Source: a virus (Duplodnaviria; Caudoviricetes). From it: DNA of 64,000 nt. The DNA is taken from positions 3,713 through 67,712 of the IMG/VR virus record IMGVR_UViG_3300028327_000004; one strand, given 5' to 3'. Position 1 is the stretch's first letter; every line of letters begins with the position of its first letter. The position numbers and the translations under genes are program-made. The notes beneath the pieces are model-generated. The model was not told the DNA's origin, made no database searches, and saw nothing but the letters and a program-made list of their open reading frames with translations. Below are positions 1 through 7,742 of this stretch, in pieces.

Positions 1-119
1 CCATTGAGTAAAATAATAGTAAGAAAAGCCAAAACGAATAAAATTATTATCAATAAATGCACAATGGGTAATTCGTTCAGATCCAGCTTTACGCTTGTTT
101 CCAATAAATATAAATACAA
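1..119 (-). CDS. Partial membrane protein running off the left edge, possibly a holin
   Basis: GGAGG RBS then TTG at 119; open frame with hydrophobic stretch LLIIILFVLAFLTIILL; position after tail fibres. Confidence 0.4.
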   Translation of the reverse strand, partial: MYLYLLETSVKLDLNELPIVHLLIIILFVLAFLTIILLN

Positions 120-128
120 TTTCCCTCC

Positions 129-2831
129 CTATACTTCTTTAACCCAAACAGGCTGTCCCTGCGTGCCGTTGTTTGTGCGTGTAACTTTCAGGGTAAAATT
201 GCCGCTTTCATTGGGCAGAGGGGGTACGCCGAAACCCGGATCGCCTTTTTCTCCGGGTGAGCCTTTTGCAACCCATATAAATACATCACTTATACCTGTT
301 GCGCTTGGAGGCAGGGTCAATCTGTATGCATTATTCATCCAGATTACACTTAAGATTACAGTAGTAGTATTATCCATTACCTTTACGTCCCAAGACGTAC
401 CACTCTTTGCTGGAAGCGTGAATGGAACAATTGTGTACAGTCTACCTTGATTATTACTCCTAAACCAACCTACGATGAGGTCTCCTGCATTCAAATTACT
501 CCCTAGTAGTATCTCATTGTTCACTACTGATACTTGGGATGATATGTTCTGATTCTCTACACCCTCGCCTTTCGGCCCGCGGATGCCGACCATCTCTTTT
601 ATGGTCAAGTTATTATAATTAAGACTATTAACAGTAACAGGCCCGCCATTAGCAAAATACCTCATCTGTATGCCGTCAGCAGTAACCATCACCATTAAAT
701 ATGCGCCACTAATTGACGCATTCGGGCCTGAAATCAATAAGCGGAAAGCCCCATCATTACCAGCAGTAGTTACAGTTGATAAATTATATGAAGTACCATT
801 TATGACTATGGAGCCAGATATAACGTAGCTTTTATCGGAAGCGGCCTCTGGTAGATATAGGACAAAACTACTAGGTTCAGGCTGTACTATTGCCCAGTTT
901 GCGATTGCTCTAGGAATTAGGCCAGTTCTCGTCCCTTCCGGCCCCTGCGGGCCAGTATCGCCCTTCATAAATTCCGTTGCTTCAAGAGCAGCAGCAGTAG
1001 CAAAGTAATCCGGCAAATGCCCGTCCAGTTTCGCGCTGTCTACCGCTTGTGAGGCCGCTGGTAAGGCGTTATCCGCTTTTGTTCCCTGCGTTGCGGTAGC
1101 GTACTCGCTCGCCGTTTTGCCGTCCAGCTTGTTACTGTCAGCGGCTTTCGCGGTTTTGCCCAGGTACGAATTGTCGCTTATTGTCCTTTCCGCTTCGAGG
1201 GCTTCCTCAAGTTCCAGTTCGTCAATAAAATCTTGATTGTCTCCGAACCACGTCCAATTCGCGGCGTGGTTGTTTGCGTCAATCGGGATCGCCTGCCACA
1301 CTCCGTTATTGCTCGGTGTCGGATCGGCAAGAACGCGGCATAAATAAGTGAACGAGGTTGACGTTAATGCCCCTGGCAATGCTGATTTCGTTTGTACTGC
1401 CGGAAGCCATTTCTGCGTTGCAAGTTTCGCCGCCGCCACTTTTTCATCGGTGTTTTCAGCCGCCGCCTGTATCGCCTCGTCCCTTGCCGCTTCAATGTCG
1501 CTGGTAAAATCAGGCCCCAGCCGTTGCGGAACAACTACCAATGGAGAGCTGGGGGCAGATTGTAGAACTCTGAAAATCTTATTATTTACAGGACTTATAA
1601 GGTAGTCCCCATGTTGTACGCCGCTTTCCGCTATCCATGTACTCCAGTCCCCGGAAGCGTAGTATATATGGTCGAATTCTATGTCATCAGGATCAAGTGG
1701 CTCTCCGCCGATTGTATCAGTAAGCAGAAGATCAGAACCAATAGTAAATGTGGCAACGCCGCGGGGAGCTACATATTCCTCCGCGTCAAGTTTGCCGTCC
1801 CACCTTGAGCGTTCTTGAGACGTTATGTGCTTTTCGGTATTGTTTGCATGGGAATTAAAATCGGTTATGTCTACTTTAAGCCCCATTGCCGTATTGAAAG
1901 CGGTTATATCCAGTTTACTTGAAAGCAGATTGTCAATTTGTGTTTTAGTATAGTATTGGGTTAAATCTACTTTCGCCGATTCTGATTCCTGTTTTTGAGT
2001 ACCGTCCCACCAATAATCAGGGACATCGAGGGCGATAATTAAAAAGAGATCGCCGATATTAAGCGCGTCTACATTTTCCTGTACCAACAGCCATGCGTCC
2101 AGTTCCGCGACATCGGCAAATACCTTTGCCCTCGCCCTGCCCTCGGCGATTGCCCTCGCTTCGTCTACCCTGCCCGACAAGGCGTTATCGGCATTGATCC
2201 TGTTTTGCGTTTCGGTGTTCAGGGCTGCGGGCTGTACAGCGCTGTCGGCTTTGCCGAGGCTGTCCTGCACGTCCTGGGCCAAATCTTCCCGCGGTATGCC
2301 GCCGTCAGGGGGTTCATAACCGCCGCCCCCGGCATTGCCGCCGCCGCTTCCGCCCCCAGCTCCGGGGAAAGTATACAAATCCGTCCATTCGGTCGGTTCA
2401 AAATTCACGAAACGGTATTGTATCGTGTCCGTGTTTTCTTTGATCCGGAATTGCGGCGCCTCTCCGTCCTTGCCGCGTAAAGATATAAGCCATTGCTCAA
2501 GCGTACCTTGAAAGCCGGCCTGTACCGCCAGCTCATACGCCGATTTACCGTCCTGCGCTTTCAGCCTTGAAAGATCATACAGATCGATCCAGTTGTTATC
2601 ACCGACAAAACGCCATTTTAAGAAATCAGCGTCCGATGTTAATTCAAGGTTTCGCGCCCTGCCGGTTTCGCCGGTGTCCACATAGCCCGGTATTGTGGGA
2701 TCGAATAATTCCCAATGGCCTGTGGTCGAATTTATCCGCGGATAGTTTATAGGGACGCCATGCAGGGCGACGCTGTCAGTATATCTTTTAGCCCTTTGTG
2801 TGGCCAATATAAAGGCGGTCATTCCATTCAT
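129..2831 (-). CDS. Long tail fibre / receptor-binding protein with collagen-like segments
   Basis: About 900 aa; GKSAYELAV..GFQGTLEQWL motif, GxY triplets, KLDG repeats, beta-rich C-terminus; start MNGM overlaps upstream TAA (TAATG). Confidence 0.75.
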   Translation of the reverse strand: MNGMTAFILATQRAKRYTDSVALHGVPINYPRINSTTGHWELFDPTIPGYVDTGETGRARNLELTSDADFLKWRFVGDNNWIDLYDLSRLKAQDGKSAYELAVQAGFQGTLEQWLISLRGKDGEAPQFRIKENTDTIQYRFVNFEPTEWTDLYTFPGAGGGSGGGNAGGGGYEPPDGGIPREDLAQDVQDSLGKADSAVQPAALNTETQNRINADNALSGRVDEARAIAEGRARAKVFADVAELDAWLLVQENVDALNIGDLFLIIALDVPDYWWDGTQKQESESAKVDLTQYYTKTQIDNLLSSKLDITAFNTAMGLKVDITDFNSHANNTEKHITSQERSRWDGKLDAEEYVAPRGVATFTIGSDLLLTDTIGGEPLDPDDIEFDHIYYASGDWSTWIAESGVQHGDYLISPVNNKIFRVLQSAPSSPLVVVPQRLGPDFTSDIEAARDEAIQAAAENTDEKVAAAKLATQKWLPAVQTKSALPGALTSTSFTYLCRVLADPTPSNNGVWQAIPIDANNHAANWTWFGDNQDFIDELELEEALEAERTISDNSYLGKTAKAADSNKLDGKTASEYATATQGTKADNALPAASQAVDSAKLDGHLPDYFATAAALEATEFMKGDTGPQGPEGTRTGLIPRAIANWAIVQPEPSSFVLYLPEAASDKSYVISGSIVINGTSYNLSTVTTAGNDGAFRLLISGPNASISGAYLMVMVTADGIQMRYFANGGPVTVNSLNYNNLTIKEMVGIRGPKGEGVENQNISSQVSVVNNEILLGSNLNAGDLIVGWFRSNNQGRLYTIVPFTLPAKSGTSWDVKVMDNTTTVILSVIWMNNAYRLTLPPSATGISDVFIWVAKGSPGEKGDPGFGVPPLPNESGNFTLKVTRTNNGTQGQPVWVKEV

Positions 2832-3040
2832 TAGTACGGCCCATCCCATTTATCAAAAAATTTATATAACTTTGTATCCTGGCCTTTCTGGTAAAGCAGC
2901 GCCGTTGAACCGCCCATTATGCCAGTAGTGGGCAAATTATTGACATCCTGATCGCTTGTAATCTCGAACGTATAACAAAAACCGTTGTGTATTAAAGTAA
3001 CAGGATCATAAGACGGCGTGCGCTCCGGGCAAAAAATCAT
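2831..3040 (-). CDS. Hypothetical protein (69 aa)
   Basis: GGAGG RBS; stop coupled to the fibre start. Confidence 0.6.
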   Translation of the reverse strand: MIFCPERTPSYDPVTLIHNGFCYTFEITSDQDVNNLPTTGIMGGSTALLYQKGQDTKLYKFFDKWDGPY

Positions 3041-3064
3041 CAGTTACCTCCCGAAGAACCTGCC

Positions 3065-3166
3065 AATAAAAAAGCCCCCTATGGCGACACTGGGTTTCCC
3101 CGGTATCGACATAGAGGGCTTCCGCTTTTCGGTAGGCTCTTCTATATCTCAAATATATACTGTCAA
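3065..3166 (-). promoter_or_regulatory. Promoter-leader-intrinsic terminator unit A
   Basis: TTGACA at 3161-3166 (weak -10), 13-mer ACCGAAAAGCGGA at 3121-3133, long GC stem-loop 3072-3121 then U-tract. Confidence 0.6.
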
Positions 3167-3185
3167 AGCGATTTTGTAAAGGCTT

Positions 3186-3569
3186 TTAAGCTGCTTCCAA
3201 CGTCCTTATTTCTTGGCGCCAGGCCTGGCGTTCAGCGATCTTTCCGGCGTATTCTTCCACTGTGGCAGAACCCTCGGAGATTTTGGCCGCGATGTAATCC
3301 GTTTCCGCAAGCAGTTTTTTGAGGACCCGGACGCGCTCGGTATTCGTTTCCGCCAGCTTTTCCGCGTCCGTTTTGCCGATGAAGATTTCACCGTCAATGT
3401 CGCGTACCAGGCTGCCCTTTGCCTCATATTCTTTAAGGGGCATTTTCTTCAGGACTTTGGTAACCCCGTCCAGTTCCTTCATAGCGTTAACGTCAGTATG
3501 CGCTACCAACGTCCCATCGGCTTTCCTGCCGATAAACACTTGCTTTTCTCCCATGATACCCTCCGTCAT
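3186..3569 (-). CDS. Tail-fibre-associated (assembly chaperone-like) protein
   Basis: C-terminal LAETDY..AK...ERQAWRQEI motif typical of small genes downstream of phage fibres; ATGA overlap with RT stop. Confidence 0.55.
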   Translation of the reverse strand: MTEGIMGEKQVFIGRKADGTLVAHTDVNAMKELDGVTKVLKKMPLKEYEAKGSLVRDIDGEIFIGKTDAEKLAETNTERVRVLKKLLAETDYIAAKISEGSATVEEYAGKIAERQAWRQEIRTLEAA

Positions 3570-4702
3570 TCCCTTATATTTATGAACAGCGAATCATACA
3601 GGCTGTCCATGTTTTGCACCGTCTTACGGGCATGAAAACGTTTTAGATAATTGCCGCGCCATGACTGGTAGCCTACCCGGAGATCCGCATAACTCATTTT
3701 TCCGGCGTCTATAAGTTTCCGGAAGCATTTCAGTTTCCGGCGCATCCGTTTCGCGGAATCCTTTGTAGGCTTTTTCAGTATCCTCCCGTTTTCTTTAAGG
3801 TAGTATTTCCCTTTCAGGAATAACAATCCTTCCTTCAAAGGGAAAATCCTCGTTTTCCTTTCGTGAACCGTTATTCCCAGATTATTGCATATAATTTTAA
3901 TTTTTTCAAGGCAATTTTCTAAAAATTCTTTGCTGTTATGGATTAAGTACAAATCATCCATGTAGCGGCCGTAAAATTTCACCCTCATTTTTTCTTTAAT
4001 GGCGTGATCAAGTTCGTCAGGGAGGAAAATAGCGAATATCTGCGATACCTGGCTGCCCAATCCCAGGGAAACGCCGTCCCCGAACGGCTGAATAAACCGC
4101 CTCGCAAGATCCAAAACGCGTACATCGCGCACTTTTCTCTCCACGCGGTTCATAAGGATATCATGCCGGATGCTGTCAAAGTATTTTTTGAAGTCAATGG
4201 TAAGGGCGTACCCCTCGTTTGAAAACCCGTTCTGCCGGTAGAACCTCGTCAAATGGGTGATGAGGCGCCGCATGGCGAAATGCGTCCCTTTCCCTTTCAC
4301 GGAAGCGCCGTTGTCATATATGAGCGAATTACAAAGTATCGGGACAAGAACCTCGTCGCATAATGTTTTTTGTATGACGCGTTCCGAAATATGGACGCTC
4401 TTTATGTGCCGCACCTTGCCGCGTTCGTTCAGGATAAACTCCACAAACCCGTTCTGCACGTTTTCCCCGGCTTCAAGTTTCAGTTTTGTTTCCCAGAGGT
4501 TTTGAAATAAATTCATCTCATAACGCTGTGTGGATTCCTTCCAGGAAACGCCCCGTTTCGCCAGCCGGAACGCTTTAAGCAGGTTATTGGGATCCGTCAG
4601 GAGGGAAAAATCGTCATATTGGTCCAGTTTGTCGCGGCGTTTTTTCCTGCGTTCCGATATCCGCCGCTGGTACCTGGCCGCCTTCCTTTCTTCGCTTGTC
4701 AT
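3566..4702 (-). CDS. DGR reverse transcriptase
   Basis: YMDD catalytic motif (YGRYMDD), LGLGSQVSQ DGR-type motif, DFKKYFDSI; no maturase/endonuclease domain; likely start MTSEERK with AAGGAG RBS. Confidence 0.96.
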   Translation of the reverse strand: MTSEERKAARYQRRISERRKKRRDKLDQYDDFSLLTDPNNLLKAFRLAKRGVSWKESTQRYEMNLFQNLWETKLKLEAGENVQNGFVEFILNERGKVRHIKSVHISERVIQKTLCDEVLVPILCNSLIYDNGASVKGKGTHFAMRRLITHLTRFYRQNGFSNEGYALTIDFKKYFDSIRHDILMNRVERKVRDVRVLDLARRFIQPFGDGVSLGLGSQVSQIFAIFLPDELDHAIKEKMRVKFYGRYMDDLYLIHNSKEFLENCLEKIKIICNNLGITVHERKTRIFPLKEGLLFLKGKYYLKENGRILKKPTKDSAKRMRRKLKCFRKLIDAGKMSYADLRVGYQSWRGNYLKRFHARKTVQNMDSLYDSLFINIRE

Positions 4703-4964
4703 AAAACTCCTTAAAGCCCTGTATAGCATCCCCGGGCTTATCTGCGACCCGCTTCAAAGCCCGGGGTTATGCGTTAACCATGCTACATAGCGTCAACAGG
4801 CATGAAACGGAAGGAACGCACAACCTACCGCCATGCAAGCAGCGTTCGCCTGGACGCATCAGGGTTACTATTCGCCGCCTTTAATGGGCGGCAGGATACG
4901 GTCTCCTTCTGTGGGCGGACAAATCGGTTATAAATAACCTACTCGTGGTTTGTCTCCACGGAAT
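4703..4964 (-). ncRNA. Structured TR-RT spacer (probable 3' part of DGR RNA)
   Basis: Non-coding; hairpins CCCCGGGCT/AGCCCGGGG (4730-4766) and GCCGCC/GGCGGC (4874-4892); position matches DGR spacer. Confidence 0.5.
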
Positions 4965-5055
4965 CGGGGGCGACCCCACCGGCCGCACTCGCATTGTTGT
5001 TGTTGTTGCTATTACCATTGTTGTTGCAATTACAGAAATACGCGGCAGACGAGGC
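4965..5055 (-). repeat. DGR template repeat (TR), 91 bp
   Basis: Reads ASSAAYFCNCNNNGNSNNNNNASAAGGVAP; 23 adenines, 10 AAY codons; matches 5862-5952 and 57956-58043 except at its adenines. Confidence 0.97.
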
Positions 5056-5072
5056 CATTACAGACCGAACCC

Positions 5073-5684
5073 TTATTCACTTTCTAAAGTTCTTCCCTTT
5101 AACTCTCCTTTCAATATTTTTTTTGCTAATTCGTTTGTGGATTTACGCCAGCCTTTCAGCAGGCGTATTTCAAATTGTAATTTGTCGATGAACGGCAGTA
5201 TTTTGTCCACGCCGATTTTGAACGTGTCAAACTTCATGGAAAAAACGTCCACAAAGTATTGGAGCTCCTGAATAAGCTGCTGGCAGTTGGCGATGGCGGT
5301 TGTCTGGTAGCGCCGCCTGTCCGCCAGTTCGTCCATTTGCACGCGCTGTACATAGTATTCCGGAAGTTTGGCGGCGTTCGGGCTTTTCGGATCTTCCATC
5401 GATGAGGGGTAGATTGAATTGCCCCCGGTAATGTTCATCATCAGGTTACGCAAAATCTGCATAATGGTGCGCCTGTATTCGGCAAGCAGCCATTCCGGGA
5501 ACTCCCCTAAAATCGTTTCATCTTCAATCTCAATTTCGGGTACGGGCTGTTTTCCGTTTTTTGGGGTTTTTAATTTTAATCCGAAGTTTCGCAGAAGGCA
5601 GACGGTCAGTTCTTTTCGCAGTTGCCGGGCGTTATTGTAGAATTCAAGCTTAGATAGACCTCTTTTGTTTTTTAAGACCGACAC
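5073..5684 (-). CDS. avd: Avd-like DGR accessory variability determinant
   Basis: Between target and TR; starts (M)SVLKNKR with RBS; helical protein ending EIRLLKGWRKS as in Avd four-helix bundles. Confidence 0.8.
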   Translation of the reverse strand: MSVLKNKRGLSKLEFYNNARQLRKELTVCLLRNFGLKLKTPKNGKQPVPEIEIEDETILGEFPEWLLAEYRRTIMQILRNLMMNITGGNSIYPSSMEDPKSPNAAKLPEYYVQRVQMDELADRRRYQTTAIANCQQLIQELQYFVDVFSMKFDTFKIGVDKILPFIDKLQFEIRLLKGWRKSTNELAKKILKGELKGRTLESE

Positions 5685-5756
5685 ATTCCCCCTCCCGAAT
5701 GCATTGCCCAAAATTCAAAAAATTTTTCGGCCGCTACGCGGCAAATAAATTTGTGG

Positions 5757-5795
5757 TTGGCACACTTCGTGTGCCAACATCGTACTATCATAGCA
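5757..5795 (-). promoter_or_regulatory. Putative extended -10 promoter and leader hairpin for avd-TR-RT
   Basis: TGcTATGAT at 5787-5795; perfect 9-bp inverted repeat TTGGCACAC/GTGTGCCAA downstream. Confidence 0.4.
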
Positions 5796-5801
5796 TAGAT
5801 A

Positions 5802-5828
5802 ACTCCCTCCCCACAAGGGGGAGGGAGT
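5802..5828 (-). other. DGR target-recognition hairpin downstream of VR1
   Basis: 11-bp stem ACTCCCTCCCC/GGGGAGGGAGT with ACAAG loop, 33 nt past VR1. Confidence 0.85.
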
Positions 5829-5844
5829 ACAAGAGAGTGTGTGG

Positions 5845-7257
5845 CTACGCCACACAGAAAGCGGGGGCGACCCCACCGGCCGCACTCGCATTGTGGTAGT
5901 AGATGCTATTACCATCGTGGCTGCAAACACAGAAATACGCGGCAGACGAGGCGGAGGGGTTATTCATCCACCACCAATCCCGCGATCCGTTCCAGCGCTT
6001 CACCCTGAACACGCTACCCTTCTGGTATATCGGCAGGAATACGCTCGTGCCGTCTCCTACATCCTGTTCAGCAAATCCGGGGGTTCCAAAAACTTCAACG
6101 GTAGTCAGCGGGAAAACTGTGGCATTAAACCAATTCCAGCCACCTTTTGTTGACCACAATTTTCTTATTGTCAGCAACGGGTTATTGCCGCCCAAAGCGG
6201 CCTTGAGGCCTGTCGCGAAAGGCCCAGAGCCGTCCCCATTGGCGCCCTCAAGCCATGCCCTCAATTCACTGGCGGCCGCGGCATAACCCCCGGCGTTATC
6301 ATCGTTCGCCCTCATGCGCGCTTTGGCGACTATATGCCGCGTTATGAAAACGACATGGTTCTTTGTGTTTTCCGTGTCGCCGGAATGCTTGTAATTGTTG
6401 AAACCGGCGATTAAAAGCCGGGTATTCTTATAGTTCGCATTCCACGCCTGGGGCGCAGTTCCCCCGGTCGGCGCGGCAATGGCACTGAGGTCAAGGCCGT
6501 CCAGAAAATCAGCGTCATTCAAGCCCGTGAAGTTCGGAACGCCGCTTCCGTCAATCTCGCTGTTGTTGTTGCTCCGATACCGGATATTCGCCATAACCTC
6601 AGCGATGGCTTCATTGCGCAGCGACTGGGTTGTCATTTCCTCGATGCCGTGGCCAAGAATGACCGCCATCAGGTCGCGGCCTAAACCTTCAACCTGGTTG
6701 GCCTGGAAAGTACGGAGTCCGGGAACCCTCATTCTGCCCAGGGCGTCAATATAGACGGAATCAAACTCGCGGCCGCCTTTAACAATGCCAGCAATGTCAT
6801 CATTGTTACCAATGCTAACACTGTCGAGGCCGTCATCAACCCATTCAAAAACGGGCGGATCAGTTTCCGGCGTATTGTTCAGTACCCACACATGGCCGTT
6901 GAACATATTTTTAACGTGGGTATTGTCCCAGATAAGCGTCCGATCCGTCTGCCCGATCTGCCCCAGGGCGTAATCGGTGAGCTGTTGCTGTGTCGGGGTT
7001 GCCGTCCCAAAATCAAATGCCGTGAGGTATCCCCCGCGGCCCTGCATGGAAGTTATCTGCCGTTGTAAATCATCGGTATTATCTTCCAATTCTTTTTTCA
7101 GGTATGCCGTTCGGTTCGCAAGCTGTTTTCCTTGAAGGTTGTCGATGCCGTCAGATCCGCCTTGCAACGGGTCGGTGATTTCATACTGGTAAATCCCCTG
7201 TTCCCATACGGGGCTTTCCGGCAAAATGTTAGCGTTCGGCGGTAAACTAATTCCCAT
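5845..7257 (-). CDS. DGR target 1: tail fibre/adhesin with C-terminal CLec-like (DUF6273-like) variable domain
   Basis: N-terminus WEQGIYQYEITDPLQGG..QLANRTAYLK typical of myovirus fibre attachment; VR encodes the C-terminal residues. Confidence 0.9.
   Translation of the reverse strand: MGISLPPNANILPESPVWEQGIYQYEITDPLQGGSDGIDNLQGKQLANRTAYLKKELEDNTDDLQRQITSMQGRGGYLTAFDFGTATPTQQQLTDYALGQIGQTDRTLIWDNTHVKNMFNGHVWVLNNTPETDPPVFEWVDDGLDSVSIGNNDDIAGIVKGGREFDSVYIDALGRMRVPGLRTFQANQVEGLGRDLMAVILGHGIEEMTTQSLRNEAIAEVMANIRYRSNNNSEIDGSGVPNFTGLNDADFLDGLDLSAIAAPTGGTAPQAWNANYKNTRLLIAGFNNYKHSGDTENTKNHVVFITRHIVAKARMRANDDNAGGYAAAASELRAWLEGANGDGSGPFATGLKAALGGNNPLLTIRKLWSTKGGWNWFNATVFPLTTVEVFGTPGFAEQDVGDGTSVFLPIYQKGSVFRVKRWNGSRDWWWMNNPSASSAAYFCVCSHDGNSIYYHNASAAGGVAPAFCVA
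5862..5952 (-). repeat. Variable repeat VR1
   Basis: 91 bp, 9 mismatches to TR, all at TR adenines. Confidence 0.97.
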
Positions 7258-7271
7258 AATTTTCTCCTTCC

Positions 7272-7715
7272 TTAAAGCACGATGGTCCAGTGGCCTTCAA
7301 TGCTGATATCCGATTCCTTATAAATCGGGTTATTCCTTGTTCTCCTTGCAAACAGCGTTCCGTCCGTTGTCAGCAACCCAAATTCCAAAATCGCCATTCC
7401 GTTATTTTCCGTAACGGGCAAATTCCAGTTAATTTGAACCTGCCCCATTTGCGGATAACTGAATCCGTCAACAGGCCGCACGAATTGGTTTGTAATAATG
7501 GAATCGGCGGCTTCCGGCGCCGTTCCGTTTGTGCCAAACGCTATGCGGTTAATACTGCGGCCGGTAACATTGCCGGCGATAAGCCGCGCGATCTGATCCC
7601 GGCCCCCGTTCACAACCAGGTTATTTTCTGTGGTTTCCTCCACAAGAACACCATTCTTGTAAACTTTGACAGTAAGACTTCCCTTAATGGGAACTTTGTC
7701 TACCATTTCGATCAT
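7272..7715 (-). CDS. Baseplate/tail-collar protein
   Basis: NLVVNGGRDQIARL, IAFGT, EFGLLTTDGTLFAR motifs of tail-collar type proteins. Confidence 0.7.
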   Translation of the reverse strand: MIEMVDKVPIKGSLTVKVYKNGVLVEETTENNLVVNGGRDQIARLIAGNVTGRSINRIAFGTNGTAPEAADSIITNQFVRPVDGFSYPQMGQVQINWNLPVTENNGMAILEFGLLTTDGTLFARRTRNNPIYKESDISIEGHWTIVL

Positions 7716-7742
7716 GTTCTTTCCTCCAAAATATATTTCAAA

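Larger units (their letters stand above)
3566..7257 (-). mobile_element. Diversity-generating retroelement cassette (target-VR, hairpin, avd, TR, spacer, RT)
   Basis: Canonical gene order; TR/VR pair with adenine-only mismatches. Confidence 0.97.

Noticed and set aside
4-450. 148-aa plus-strand ORF
   Set aside because: Antisense to the tail fibre and the holin-like gene, which have RBS and operon context
3566-4702. RT as a group II intron, retron or Abi RT
   Set aside because: Short RT with no maturase/endonuclease domain, flanked by an Avd-like gene and a TR with adenine-specific VR partners
4994-5030. (GTT)n run as a plain microsatellite, and plus-strand ORFs 4945-5271 / 4994-5191
   Set aside because: The run is the AAC-rich core of TR; the plus-strand ORFs are shadows of TR and avd
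129-7257. Invertible tail-fibre (shufflon/Gin-type) switching
   Set aside because: No invertase and no inverted recombination sites or opposite-strand fibre cassettes recognised
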